From the NCBI GenBank assembly GCA_965261545.1, contig CBDHDF010000011.1, forward strand, positions 544,001 through 608,000: a stretch of DNA of 64,000 nt, written 5' to 3'. Origin of the DNA: Bdellovibrionales bacterium (GTDB lineage Bacteria > Bdellovibrionota > Bdellovibrionia > Bdellovibrionales > UBA1609). Made by a program: the position numbers and the translations under genes. Position 1 is the first letter of the stretch, and each line of letters begins with the position of its first letter. The notes below the pieces were generated by a model. The model did not search any database. It saw nothing but the letters and a program-made list of their open reading frames with translations, and was not told the origin of the DNA. Below, in pieces: positions 51,102 through 61,198 of this stretch.

Positions 51102-51636
51102 CCAAGGAGATCAATTCATAAGATGAGCCACTGGGCTCATAGACAAAATCGTTATTCCAGGGGTCTTTGGGAACTTTCTTCAAATAGGGCTCAGGGCCCC
51201 AGTTGGAACAACTTCCGGGATCTGTCACTAAGGCATCCAAATCATCGGGGTAGCTTCCACAATCTGTGTAGTAGGTATCTAGAGTCTTTCCCAATTCAGA
51301 GATCAAAATTTGAGCATTTTTGATCTTGGATTTTTTCAACGAACCCGTCACTTGAGTGATCAATATACCACCAATACCAGCAAGAATGACCAACACAATC
51401 ATAATTTCGATAAGGGTCATCCCTCTTTCATTATTTTTAACCATACCTCTTGTCGTTTTGTAGACCAACGACCCCAAGGCCCTATTTACTATATTTCTGA
51501 CTCTGTTGTTCATACTGTCGATATTCTCGATTTTTTTTGCTGAACTCATCATATTTCTCTCCATTTGGCTTTTAGCTTTTTGTTTTTCGCTCTTGACCTT
51601 ATGGCATATATTAGCCCTCTCCTCGCTCCAAATCAA
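51025..51636 (-). CDS. gspG: Major pseudopilin GspG (start probably downstream of 51636)
   Basis: GMTLIEIM, NWGPEPYLKKVPKDPW and SLGEDGEEGG. Confidence 0.92.
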   Translation of the reverse strand: MIWSEERANICHKVKSEKQKAKSQMERNMMSSAKKIENIDSMNNRVRNIVNRALGSLVYKTTRGMVKNNERGMTLIEIMIVLVILAGIGGILITQVTGSLKKSKIKNAQILISELGKTLDTYYTDCGSYPDDLDALVTDPGSCSNWGPEPYLKKVPKDPWNNDFVYEPSGSSYELISLGEDGEEGGDGHSKDISSEGDDDSDS

Positions 51637-52850
51637 CCTCCTAGATTCATAAGGTCAAAAAGAGGGATAAGAATAGCAAAAACGATAACGGCAATGACCC
51701 CACCCATGACCACAATCATGGCAGGCGCAATAATGGCAGTCAGTCCCTCCACCTCTGTGCTCACCTGAAAGTCATAGGAATCACTCACTTGCGTCAACAT
51801 TCTTTCTAGTTCCCCCGTTTTTTCTCCAATATTTATCATATGCAACACCATGGGAGGAAACTGACCTGACTTTTTGAGAGGTCCTGCAATGGATTCCCCC
51901 TCACTGATATTGTCACGGGCTGTATCAATGGCGGCCGCCAATATCTCGTTACTCACTACATTGCGAACAATATCCATGGCTGAAAGCATGGGCACTCCCC
52001 CTGTGAGCAAGGTCGAGAGAGTTCGAGCAAAGCGAGACACGGCAATGAGACGAGCGAGCTTACCCACCACCGGAACAACCAAGATAAAAAAATCCCATTG
52101 CTTCCTGCCTGAGGGAGTTTCCTTCCAATTTCTAAAAAAGAAATAGCCCAATACCCCACCAATAACAAGAAGGTACCAGTAGGCGGTGAGAAAATGGCTG
52201 AGATCGATGAGTGCCACCGTAAACCAAGGAAGAGTGAGTTCAGGAGTTGCCTCAAAGACAACGACAATCCTAGGAATGACATAGATAAAAATGAGAACGA
52301 GCATTCCCAAGGAAAAAAGCATCATGATAATAGGATAAATCATGGCCGACTTGATCTTGCTACGTAGTTCATTTTGGGATTCTGTGAACTCAGAAAGGCG
52401 AATAAGAATGACATCCAAATTTCCCGACATCTCACCTGCCTCACACATGGAGATATAGATTTTGTTAAAAATCTTGGGATATTTGGCCAAAGACCGGTGG
52501 AGGGTGGCCCCTTCATTCACCATATTTTTGATCTCAGCCATGGTCTCAGAGAGCATCTCATTTTCAACTTGCTCCGACACAGCTCCCAGACTATCGACCA
52601 GGGGAATGCTGGCCTTTAAAAGGGTCGACAATTGGCGTGTCATCAAAGAGAGATCCTTGACCCCCACACTTCGTTGACTGACTGACTTAGCACCAAGTCT
52701 TTTCTTTTTAAGGGATCTATCCTTAATAGTAACCACATAGATACCTTGCTTTTTAAGGCGAAGTTTTGCTGTGCGTGAGTTATCGGCATCAATGGTTCCC
52801 CGTGTATTTTTTCCTCCAGTCGTAAGCCCTTGATATTCAAAAAGAGGCAT
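51633..52850 (-). CDS. gspF: Type II secretion inner-membrane protein GspF
   Basis: TRQLSTLL, AGEMSGNL, SAMIYP and GEKTGEL. Confidence 0.95.
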   Translation of the reverse strand: MPLFEYQGLTTGGKNTRGTIDADNSRTAKLRLKKQGIYVVTIKDRSLKKKRLGAKSVSQRSVGVKDLSLMTRQLSTLLKASIPLVDSLGAVSEQVENEMLSETMAEIKNMVNEGATLHRSLAKYPKIFNKIYISMCEAGEMSGNLDVILIRLSEFTESQNELRSKIKSAMIYPIIMMLFSLGMLVLIFIYVIPRIVVVFEATPELTLPWFTVALIDLSHFLTAYWYLLVIGGVLGYFFFRNWKETPSGRKQWDFFILVVPVVGKLARLIAVSRFARTLSTLLTGGVPMLSAMDIVRNVVSNEILAAAIDTARDNISEGESIAGPLKKSGQFPPMVLHMINIGEKTGELERMLTQVSDSYDFQVSTEVEGLTAIIAPAMIVVMGGVIAVIVFAILIPLFDLMNLGG

Positions 52851-52859
52851 GGGGAATCC

Positions 52860-54587
52860 TTACAAATCCATTTGTGTGTTTGTGAGAACTTCCTCAATGG
52901 TTGTCAAACCATTGAGAACCTTTTGAATACCGTGACTACGAAAGGGAATCATTCCATCTGTGAGGGCTTGTTTTTTGATAGCGGCACCATCTTTTCTCTG
53001 CATAATAAGAGTGCGAATTTCTTCACTGACCACAAGAAATTCTTGAATGATGGAGCGCCCCAAGTAACCCTTTTGATTGCATTCATCACAACCTACAGCC
53101 CGGCAAATATTGGCATTTTCGACATCACTCTGAATCAACTCCAAATTTTTTAATTCCGTTTCTGTGGGGGCGTGGGGCACTTTGCAGTGTGGGCAAAGGA
53201 GGCGCACCAACCTTTGAGCGACAACACCCAACAGGGAAGTTGCAATCAGAAAGGGCTCGCACCCCATGTCAATCAAACGAGGAAAAACACCCGCAGAGTC
53301 GTTGGTATGAATGGTGGAAAGCACGAGGTGGCCTGTAAGAGAAGCATTGATGGCAATCTCGGCGGTCTCTAGGTCGCGAATCTCTCCCAACATAATAATA
53401 TTGGGATCTTGACGAAGGATCGCTCGAAGACCCTGGGCAAAGGTAAGTCCAATTTTGGCGTTGGCTTGTATTTGCCCGATTCCATGGATTCTTTGCTCTA
53501 TAGGGTCTTCCACAGTGATAATATTTTTATCAATGCTGTTGATCTGAGATATCGCAGCATAAAGGCTTGTCGACTTACCACTGCCCGTAGGGCCAGTGAC
53601 CAAAAAAATACCATAGGTCTTGCCGAGGATATCGTTGACTTTGTCGAGACTATCCTGCGAAAAACCCAATTGATTCAATTCAAGAACTACATTGGATCGA
53701 TCTTGCAAACGCATGACAATGCGCTCGCCAAAGGCCGTAGGGACCGTACTCAAACGAACATCAATATCTTTACCCGCTAGCTTCAAGGGAATACGCCCAT
53801 CTTGGGGCAACCTTTTCTCAGCAATATTGAGATTGCCCATCACTTTAATTCGGGAAGTAATGGCATTTTGGAGCTTCTTCGGGGGCTTAAAAATGTCAAA
53901 CAAGATTCCATCCACACGAAATCGCACGGACATATCCTTTTCGTAGGGTTCAATGTGAATATCCGAGGCCTTTTCTTTGACAGCACGAAAGAGAAGAGAA
54001 TTCACAAGCTTAATCACAGGGGCATCATCATTGCCCGCTTCCAGCAAGTCAATGACGGGATCATCCAAATCGTATTCTTCGCTTTCGATGACATCCAGGC
54101 CCTCAAGGGCAGCCGTACTTTTTTCGTAAACACGATTGATGGCATCCTGAATTTTTTGACTGGTGGTAGTCAGAATCGTCACCTTCTTATCAAACAAAAC
54201 CCTTAGATCGTCCAGGGCCTTGTGCCTAAGGGGATTTGAAGAAAGAATCATCACGGCATCTTTGGTGAATTTGTAAGGAAGAACCTCTTGGCTCTTTGCA
54301 TAATTAATGGGAATACTTCGAACTAAATCCACGGGAATATCATTGGATGGAATATCTTTGATAAAAGGAACATCCAGGTGCTTACAGAGGTCGGCCATGA
54401 CCCCCTCCACCGTATTATAAGTTTTGTCGTCAAGGAACTTTTTAATGGGAATACCATCTTTGTTTGTAAGCCTTAACATGGACTTGAGTTGGTCCTCTTT
54501 AATGCTTGTTCCCTTGAGAAGAAGGGTTTCATAGGAGTATGTTGTGGCCATACTTCTATGGTATCCATGATTGATAAGGTATGACAA
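52860..54587 (-). CDS. gspE: Type II secretion ATPase GspE
   Basis: ASDIHIEP, RLPQDGR, GPTGSGKS, LRQDP, TGHLVLSTIH and a Cys4 zinc site. Confidence 0.96.
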   Translation of the reverse strand: MSYLINHGYHRSMATTYSYETLLLKGTSIKEDQLKSMLRLTNKDGIPIKKFLDDKTYNTVEGVMADLCKHLDVPFIKDIPSNDIPVDLVRSIPINYAKSQEVLPYKFTKDAVMILSSNPLRHKALDDLRVLFDKKVTILTTTSQKIQDAINRVYEKSTAALEGLDVIESEEYDLDDPVIDLLEAGNDDAPVIKLVNSLLFRAVKEKASDIHIEPYEKDMSVRFRVDGILFDIFKPPKKLQNAITSRIKVMGNLNIAEKRLPQDGRIPLKLAGKDIDVRLSTVPTAFGERIVMRLQDRSNVVLELNQLGFSQDSLDKVNDILGKTYGIFLVTGPTGSGKSTSLYAAISQINSIDKNIITVEDPIEQRIHGIGQIQANAKIGLTFAQGLRAILRQDPNIIMLGEIRDLETAEIAINASLTGHLVLSTIHTNDSAGVFPRLIDMGCEPFLIATSLLGVVAQRLVRLLCPHCKVPHAPTETELKNLELIQSDVENANICRAVGCDECNQKGYLGRSIIQEFLVVSEEIRTLIMQRKDGAAIKKQALTDGMIPFRSHGIQKVLNGLTTIEEVLTNTQMDL

Positions 54588-54638
54588 CTAAGTAATCAAA
54601 AGGTCAGACTTGGTCTTTCGGCTAGATAAGTATTATTT

Positions 54639-55709
54639 TTAGATTTTGTGAGTGGGTTTAGGAGCGGCGTCGGTGATAGGAAAGAACTGGATATTCAATT
54701 GGTAAATACGATCTCCCTTGGAAAACTCTCTATTGGTGGCCATGGATGTGAAGAAGCGCTTTTTAAGCTGACGAAGTTCAAATTTCATTTTCTCAAACTC
54801 TTTTTCAGTGAGAGCCAAAGTTACGGCACCAAATTCACGGTCTCTAGGTTGGTCTCGAAACAAAGACTCTAGACTAAGATAGATAAATTCTGACTGAAGC
54901 TTTCTCACAATCTCCACAGAAATTTCTTCAGACTTCTCCATGAGAAGACGCTTCTTTTTCATCTTCCCTGTGTTTGTGTCGCACACAAGCTCTCCTGATG
55001 CCAACAGATTCTCCTTAGCCCTTTTGACCATTTCTACAGTCACACGGCCTCGTAGGAGCTTTTGTAGCTCTTGGGGATGGAAAAAAATGTCCCTTTGGTC
55101 CACCATATTGTACAAGACCCAGGTCAACCAATCGGAGGCTTTGTCCCATGTTTGTCCATTGATCTCTCCTTTTTTGATTTGACGACAAACTCGAAGTTCG
55201 GCCAAGGTTTTGAGGGCCTGATTTCGTGCCAAAGAATCCTTGGCTTGGCCGTATTCGACCAAGGCACGAAACTCTTTCAATTCGCTTTTATTGAGTTGGA
55301 GAGCCTTGGAAAATTTATCCATCATGCCAGAGGAGAGATTTCTTTTGCCGTCAATAATAAGTTTTAGGTAGCTGGGAGATTTAATCCCTGCAGCCACACT
55401 GAAGATAGCATAGGAGTAGGGGCGAACCGCCCCTACATCAAGAGTTTTTTTATAATTGTAGAAGTCTTCAAGGTATTTGCGAAAATCTGTATAGCTCCCA
55501 AGGTTGGGTTTGGTGGGCTCAGTGGATTGAGTCGGCTTTGCTAAAGGCAGTTTAACTTTTTTTTGGTTTGTTTTACTTATTTGGCCCGCTTGACTCGTCT
55601 GTGTCGTTTGAACTGAAATCATCTTTTCCAAAACTCCCCTACCTTTTCCAACATTCTCCTGTCTTCCCTTCGTTTTCTTTTCACTTCCATCGGCTTTATA
55701 CTCTTCCAT
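54639..55709 (-). CDS. TIGR02147/DUF4423-family HTH protein
   Basis: YTDFRKYL, SPSYLKLIIDGKRNLS, RDREF and IYQLNIQFFPIT. Confidence 0.85.
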   Translation of the reverse strand: MEEYKADGSEKKTKGRQENVGKGRGVLEKMISVQTTQTSQAGQISKTNQKKVKLPLAKPTQSTEPTKPNLGSYTDFRKYLEDFYNYKKTLDVGAVRPYSYAIFSVAAGIKSPSYLKLIIDGKRNLSSGMMDKFSKALQLNKSELKEFRALVEYGQAKDSLARNQALKTLAELRVCRQIKKGEINGQTWDKASDWLTWVLYNMVDQRDIFFHPQELQKLLRGRVTVEMVKRAKENLLASGELVCDTNTGKMKKKRLLMEKSEEISVEIVRKLQSEFIYLSLESLFRDQPRDREFGAVTLALTEKEFEKMKFELRQLKKRFFTSMATNREFSKGDRIYQLNIQFFPITDAAPKPTHKI

Positions 55710-56048
55710 CTGTTTTATACTTTATATTTTATAAAACATTTTACAAATGATTTATTCTTCCATGAGTCCGTGCATGTGTAAAAAGCAAAGTCCTCAAAAG
55801 TATTTTTGATAGATGCAATGCAATATAATATAATATGATAACATAACGCTCTCTTGCTCCCATAAGGTCTTGTTGCAACCTCTAGAAACTTATCCACCCA
55901 GGCGAGTTGGCTGTGCATTGTGCCTTCTGGGGGGCAGTGTGCTTAGCTTGTCGTCTTGTGAACTTGACACCAAGTGCTTTATTGACACTGTTACGCAAGT
56001 AGGTAGGGTAAAGGAATAGGTATTATAAAATCCATTGAAGGGGGGCAT

Positions 56049-57038
56049 GTGGACGTCGATATTTTGGCACTTAACGAAGCCATTAAAAAGGAAAGTCAAT
56101 TTGTAGACAAAACTCTTCAAGAAGCCTCTAAGGTGATTGTCGGCCAGAAGGATATGTTAGAGGGAATTGTCATGGGCCTATTGACAGGGGGGCATGTTCT
56201 TTTAGAGGGGCTTCCAGGGTTGGCAAAGACTCTCACTATTTCTGCCATTTCCCAATCTGTGGACTTAAAGTTTCAGAGGATTCAATTTACACCAGATTTA
56301 CTTCCCACAGACCTCATTGGAACCATGATCTTTAATCCAAAAACAGGGGAGTTTGCACCCAAAAAGGGCCCCATTTTCACCAATATTGTCTTGGCCGATG
56401 AAATCAACCGAGCCCCGGCCAAAGTCCAGAGCGCTCTTCTTGAGGCTATGGGAGAAAAGCAGGTGACCATTGGAGATGAGTCTTACAAACTCGATAGTCC
56501 TTTTCTTGTTCTGGCTACTCAAAACCCCTTGGAGCAAGAGGGAACTTACCCCTTACCCGAAGCCCAGCTTGATCGCTTTATGTTTAAGGTTATTGTCTCC
56601 TACCCTGACAAAGTGGAGGAGCTTGAGATACTCAATCGCATGTCCAAGTCGGTGATGCCTCAAATTAAGCCTGTGATTCACCAAGAGGAGTTGATGAAAG
56701 CCCGGCAGAGAGTGGATGATATCTACATTGATGATAAGTTAAAGAATTATATTGTTGAAATTGTTATGGCCACTCGGAAGCCTGGCGACTATGGATTGGG
56801 TCATATTCAAGACCTTCTCAGTGTGGGCGCTTCTCCTCGGGCCACGATCAACCTCACCAAAGCGGCTCGTGCCCATGCCTTCTTAAAAGCAAGGGGCTAT
56901 GTGACGGCCGATGACATTAAAGCTGTGGCCTACCATGTTCTCAGGCACCGCCTCATTCTCACCTATGAGGCCGAAGCTGAAAGTGTGACCAGCGAAGAGA
57001 TTGTTAAAGAGGTTCTCAATCATGTTGAGGTTCCGTAA
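56049..57038 (+). CDS. moxR: MoxR-family AAA+ ATPase
   Basis: GLPGLAKT, RIQFTPDLLP, DEINRA and EGTYPLPEAQLDRF. Confidence 0.96.
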   Translation: MDVDILALNEAIKKESQFVDKTLQEASKVIVGQKDMLEGIVMGLLTGGHVLLEGLPGLAKTLTISAISQSVDLKFQRIQFTPDLLPTDLIGTMIFNPKTGEFAPKKGPIFTNIVLADEINRAPAKVQSALLEAMGEKQVTIGDESYKLDSPFLVLATQNPLEQEGTYPLPEAQLDRFMFKVIVSYPDKVEELEILNRMSKSVMPQIKPVIHQEELMKARQRVDDIYIDDKLKNYIVEIVMATRKPGDYGLGHIQDLLSVGASPRATINLTKAARAHAFLKARGYVTADDIKAVAYHVLRHRLILTYEAEAESVTSEEIVKEVLNHVEVP

Positions 57039-57043
57039 CCTCC

Positions 57044-57922
57044 ATGTCCTTGCCCCCCGAAATTCTTAAAAAGGTTAAACTCCTAGAGATCAGCACTCGC
57101 CGCCTTGTGAACAATCTCTTTGCAGGTGAATACCACTCTGCCTTTAAAGGTCAGGGAATGACATTTTCTGAATTTCGAGAATATGTGCCGGGAGATGATG
57201 TTCGCACCATTTCATGGCCTGTCACAGCAAGGGCGGGCAAGCCCTATATTAAAAAATTCGATGAAGAGCGAGAGTTGACTCTCATGTTGGTTGTGGACAT
57301 CAGCGGTTCCTCTCAGTTTGGTTCAGGGGAATATTTCAAGGGTGAGGTCATGGCCCACCTGGCAGCTCTTTTAAGCTTTAGTGCAAGCAAAAATAAAGAT
57401 GCTGTGGGCCTTTTGTTGTTTAGCGACCAAGTGGAGCACTATGTGCCACCCAAAAAAGGTGTGTCCCATGTCCATAGAATACTGAGAGACTTGTACTACT
57501 TTAAGCCTAAATCTCATGGGACTCATATTACCCTGGCTCTTGACTATCTCTACGGCGTTTTAAAGAAGCGTTCTCATATTTTTTTGTTGAGCGATTTTAT
57601 GGAGAATTCCTCTTATGACAGAGCCTTGAAGATGCTCCATAGAAAACACGATATTGTTGCCGTTGTCGTCCACGATGAAATGGAAAAAAGGCTTCCTAAA
57701 ATGGGTTTGGTGGATTTTCAAGATGCAGAGTCAGGAGAAATCATCACTGTGGACACCTCTTCGTCTATTTTTCAAAAAAGTTATAAAAGGACGGCATCCC
57801 AGACGCAGGAGCAAAGGGACCTGACTTTAAAAAGGTCCCGGATAGATCGAATTGATGTTTCTTCCCATGGAGACTTTGTTCAGCCTCTCATTTCTTTTTT
57901 TAAGAAGAGGAACTGTCGATGA
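57044..57922 (+). CDS. DUF58 domain protein
   Basis: FKGQGMTFSEFREYVPGDDVR, VDISGS and LSDF. Confidence 0.93.
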   Translation: MSLPPEILKKVKLLEISTRRLVNNLFAGEYHSAFKGQGMTFSEFREYVPGDDVRTISWPVTARAGKPYIKKFDEERELTLMLVVDISGSSQFGSGEYFKGEVMAHLAALLSFSASKNKDAVGLLLFSDQVEHYVPPKKGVSHVHRILRDLYYFKPKSHGTHITLALDYLYGVLKKRSHIFLLSDFMENSSYDRALKMLHRKHDIVAVVVHDEMEKRLPKMGLVDFQDAESGEIITVDTSSSIFQKSYKRTASQTQEQRDLTLKRSRIDRIDVSSHGDFVQPLISFFKKRNCR

Positions 57923-59007
57923 CCGTTGAAAATACAAGTGAAAGTGGAGTTGGCGCGAAGACCGAAGCTAGAAATGATACCAAGGCCGGTGCTGGTACTG
58001 ACGCCAAGGTTGACGCTGATATCAAGGCTGAAGCTGGCACTGCTGGTACTGAAACTGAACTTTCATTTCCAGCTTGGGAGTGTGAGTTTGAGAACATTGA
58101 AAGCTTTACGGTGGGAGATAAGAAAAAACTGACCTGCTACGGTAAGGAGATTCGTGAAAAAATACGTCTCCAGCCTCGCATTTTAATGAGCGATCAAAGC
58201 TTTAAGTGGTCGCTTCACCCCCTTGAAATCATTTCATCAGATTATGACCGTATCACTCTTCTCGTCACAAGTTATAAGCCAGGCCAGTTTGTCAATGTAA
58301 ATTTTATTGTTATGGGAGAAGCTCAATCCTTCCATGCTCAGCCCCCCAGTGCTCAGCCCTCTATCAAGGATCACACCGACCACGAAGTTATGACTTCGCC
58401 AGGCTTTCGTGTGAAGTCTCTGTCTTGGGAGGTTCAATCTGTTATTAAAAATAAGCAAGAACCCCGTGGCTTTGGTCCCTCTGAACCCATTTATCTCCCC
58501 ATGCCAGGGTGGGTGTGGGGGGGCTTGTTCTTCGTGGTGGCCTCTGTGATTATTGTGCTTGGCTTCAAGTGGATGAAATTTTGGAAGAGAAAAACACTGA
58601 TGGAAAGCCTAGCTTCCCACAGGACGGCGATTTCTCCCTATCGTCAATATCACCGAGAAATGAGACAAGTGATAAGAGAATACCAAAGCCCCAGTGATCT
58701 CAATCAAATTGAGAGTGGAGGTTCAGCCCAAGAATATATCCATGAAATTGATCGTATTTTTAAGCTCTATTTGTTTCGGCAACTGAAAATTCCCGCCTTG
58801 GTTTGGAAAGAGCCTCAGATCACCCTAGATATCAAGCAGCGCCACAGGGGAGTTTACAAAGAGGTGGGAAGAGAGATCAGGCAAACCTTGAGAGAGTTTG
58901 AAAAAGCTCTAAAATCTCCAGAAAAAATCAATATTTTGGATTGCAACCAATTTCATCAAATGAGTCGCCGTGTGGTGGAGCAAATTCACAAGGTGGTAAA
59001 ACCGTGA
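57919..59007 (+). CDS. Single-TM hypothetical protein of the Bat operon
   Basis: Lies between DUF58 and batA with 4-bp overlaps; one transmembrane helix. Confidence 0.75.
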   Translation: MTVENTSESGVGAKTEARNDTKAGAGTDAKVDADIKAEAGTAGTETELSFPAWECEFENIESFTVGDKKKLTCYGKEIREKIRLQPRILMSDQSFKWSLHPLEIISSDYDRITLLVTSYKPGQFVNVNFIVMGEAQSFHAQPPSAQPSIKDHTDHEVMTSPGFRVKSLSWEVQSVIKNKQEPRGFGPSEPIYLPMPGWVWGGLFFVVASVIIVLGFKWMKFWKRKTLMESLASHRTAISPYRQYHREMRQVIREYQSPSDLNQIESGGSAQEYIHEIDRIFKLYLFRQLKIPALVWKEPQITLDIKQRHRGVYKEVGREIRQTLREFEKALKSPEKINILDCNQFHQMSRRVVEQIHKVVKP

Positions 59008-60002
59008 TTGTGTGGGCCACTCCATGGGCCTTTGCTCTTCTCATTCCACTTGTCGTCCTTTGGTTTTGGACGACCTTTCGTAACAAAAAAGCTTCTGTGA
59101 CTTTTAGTCGTATCCGACTTTTTAAAGAGGCTGGTATTACATTGAGGGCAAGGCTTGCTAAACTTCCTACTTTTCTTCAAGCCCTTGCCCTTATTCTTGC
59201 CACCATCGCCCTCGCGAGGCCACAAAAGTCTGACACCAAAGTGACTCGCCACTCAGAGGGCATCGATATTATGGTGGCTCTGGATGTTTCTGATTCCATG
59301 CTTATTGAGGATATGCAACCTCAAAATAGGCTTGAGGCTTCAAAGAAAACCATTCGAGAATTTGTGATGAATCGAGTTTCAGATCGAATTGGTCTTTTGG
59401 TTTTTTCAGGGGAGTCCTACACGAGAGTTCCTCTGACCCTTGATTACCCTATTCTCTTAGATAGCCTTCAGAAGGTCTCGACAACAAGAAACATTAAAAT
59501 GGGAACAGCTATTGGTGTAGCTCTGTCCAATGCTGTGGCACGTCTCAAGGATTCCATAGCGAAGAGCCGCATTATTATCTTTCTTACAGATGGAGAAAAC
59601 AATAGTGGAACTATTGACCCTGAGACAGCTCTCGATATTGCCAAGGGTTATAGTATCAAAATTTACTCCATTGGTATGGGGCTCGATGGTCAAACTCAAC
59701 TGCCTGTTTATGTGGATGTGGGGGGAAGAAAGATAAAGCAATATCGTCCCATTCACAGCAAAATCAATGAGAAGCTTCTTGGTCGTATGGCCAGTGAAAC
59801 TGGAGGCAAATACTTTCGTGCCAATACCTCCAGAGCCCTAGAGGGTGTGTTTACCGAAATTAATGAACTGGAAACCACAAAAGTTGAGGTCAACACTTAT
59901 GTGAGATATGAAGAATTATTTACTCCCTTTCTTAAATGGGCCTTGGGACTTTACCTTTTTGCTTTTTTCTTGGGGCAAACTCTTCTAAGGCGAAAACCCT
60001 AG
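59004..60002 (+). CDS. batA: VWA domain protein BatA
   Basis: ALARPQ, MIDAS DVSDSM, GTAIG and LTDGENN. GTG at 59004 overlaps the upstream stop. Confidence 0.9.
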   Translation: MIVWATPWAFALLIPLVVLWFWTTFRNKKASVTFSRIRLFKEAGITLRARLAKLPTFLQALALILATIALARPQKSDTKVTRHSEGIDIMVALDVSDSMLIEDMQPQNRLEASKKTIREFVMNRVSDRIGLLVFSGESYTRVPLTLDYPILLDSLQKVSTTRNIKMGTAIGVALSNAVARLKDSIAKSRIIIFLTDGENNSGTIDPETALDIAKGYSIKIYSIGMGLDGQTQLPVYVDVGGRKIKQYRPIHSKINEKLLGRMASETGGKYFRANTSRALEGVFTEINELETTKVEVNTYVRYEELFTPFLKWALGLYLFAFFLGQTLLRRKP

Positions 60003-60106
60003 TTTTTCGAAGGCTTAGAAGACATCCAGTCTTTAGAAGGTCTAGAAGGCTCTAGAAGGTCTTGGAAGACCCTCAAAAAGATCTTAAATTAAAGAAGGAG
60101 AACTTC

Positions 60107-61198
60107 ATGGTTCTTAGATTTGAAAATTTATTGTACTTAAATCTACTGTGGTTGCTGCCATTTATGGTTGCTTTGTTTTTTGTCATGGGAAAGCACCAGA
60201 AGTGGCAGTGGTCTAAATATCTTAGTGGCAAGGTGATGCCCCTACTTATTTCTTCGGTTTCTACCAAGCGTCGTCAATTCAAGTTGTTTTTACAGGTGGT
60301 GATTGCAGGCTTGATGATTGTGGCCTTGGCACGGCCTCAAACGGGGCAATCTGAGGAAAAGGTGGTCAGTGAAGGCATTGAACTGATGATTTTATTTGAT
60401 ATTTCGAGGAGTATGTTGGCTGAGGACGTAAAGCCCAGTCGCCTTGAATTTGCCAAAAAAGAAGTGATAAGATTCTTAGATTTAAACATCGGTCATCGCA
60501 TTGGGCTTGTGGCATTTGCTGGTTCAGGGCTTCTCCTTTCTCCCATGACCACAGATAAAGCAGCTTTAAAAATGTTTGTGGAATCTTTAACGACGGAGTC
60601 TGTGAGTAGCCAGGGCACTGAATTTCGAGGAGCTTTAGAAACAGCGCACAAGGCTTTTGAGAGGGGAGGGGTGGACCGAGGTAAGGAAGAACCCCAAGGG
60701 TCAGCCATGAGGTCCACCATTACAAGGGCCATTCTTATTGTTTCCGATGGAGAAGATCATGAGCCCGGAGCCTTGCTGGCCGCAGAGAATCTGCTTCACC
60801 AAGGTATTCATATTTTTACTCTTGGTTTTGGAACTGAAAAGGGAGGGGTCATTCCCATCCGTGATGCCATGGGGAATGTACGAGAGTATTACAAAGATAA
60901 AAGTGGCAAGGTGATTCTCACACAAACCAAGGGCACCATTTTGCGAGAATTGGCCAAGAAGGGGGAGGGAAGTTTTCGTCATGTGACCTACGGGGGCCGT
61001 GCGATGGAGGAGTTGCATCAAGATTTAAAAAAGTTACGGCAGTCGGAGTTTGAAAGTATGTCCGTGCGGGAGTATAACGAAAAGTACCAGTGGCTTTTGG
61101 GTTTGGCTCTTTTATTAGCAGCCTTAGAGATGTTCTTAGGAGAGCGGCGGCCTCCAGGTAGAATTTGGAAGGGAAGGTTTGAAGTTGCTAAGCACTGA
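60107..61198 (+). CDS. batB: VWA domain protein BatB
   Basis: ALARPQ, DISRSM and SDGEDHE. AAGGAG RBS before ATG 60107. Confidence 0.9.
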   Translation: MVLRFENLLYLNLLWLLPFMVALFFVMGKHQKWQWSKYLSGKVMPLLISSVSTKRRQFKLFLQVVIAGLMIVALARPQTGQSEEKVVSEGIELMILFDISRSMLAEDVKPSRLEFAKKEVIRFLDLNIGHRIGLVAFAGSGLLLSPMTTDKAALKMFVESLTTESVSSQGTEFRGALETAHKAFERGGVDRGKEEPQGSAMRSTITRAILIVSDGEDHEPGALLAAENLLHQGIHIFTLGFGTEKGGVIPIRDAMGNVREYYKDKSGKVILTQTKGTILRELAKKGEGSFRHVTYGGRAMEELHQDLKKLRQSEFESMSVREYNEKYQWLLGLALLLAALEMFLGERRPPGRIWKGRFEVAKH

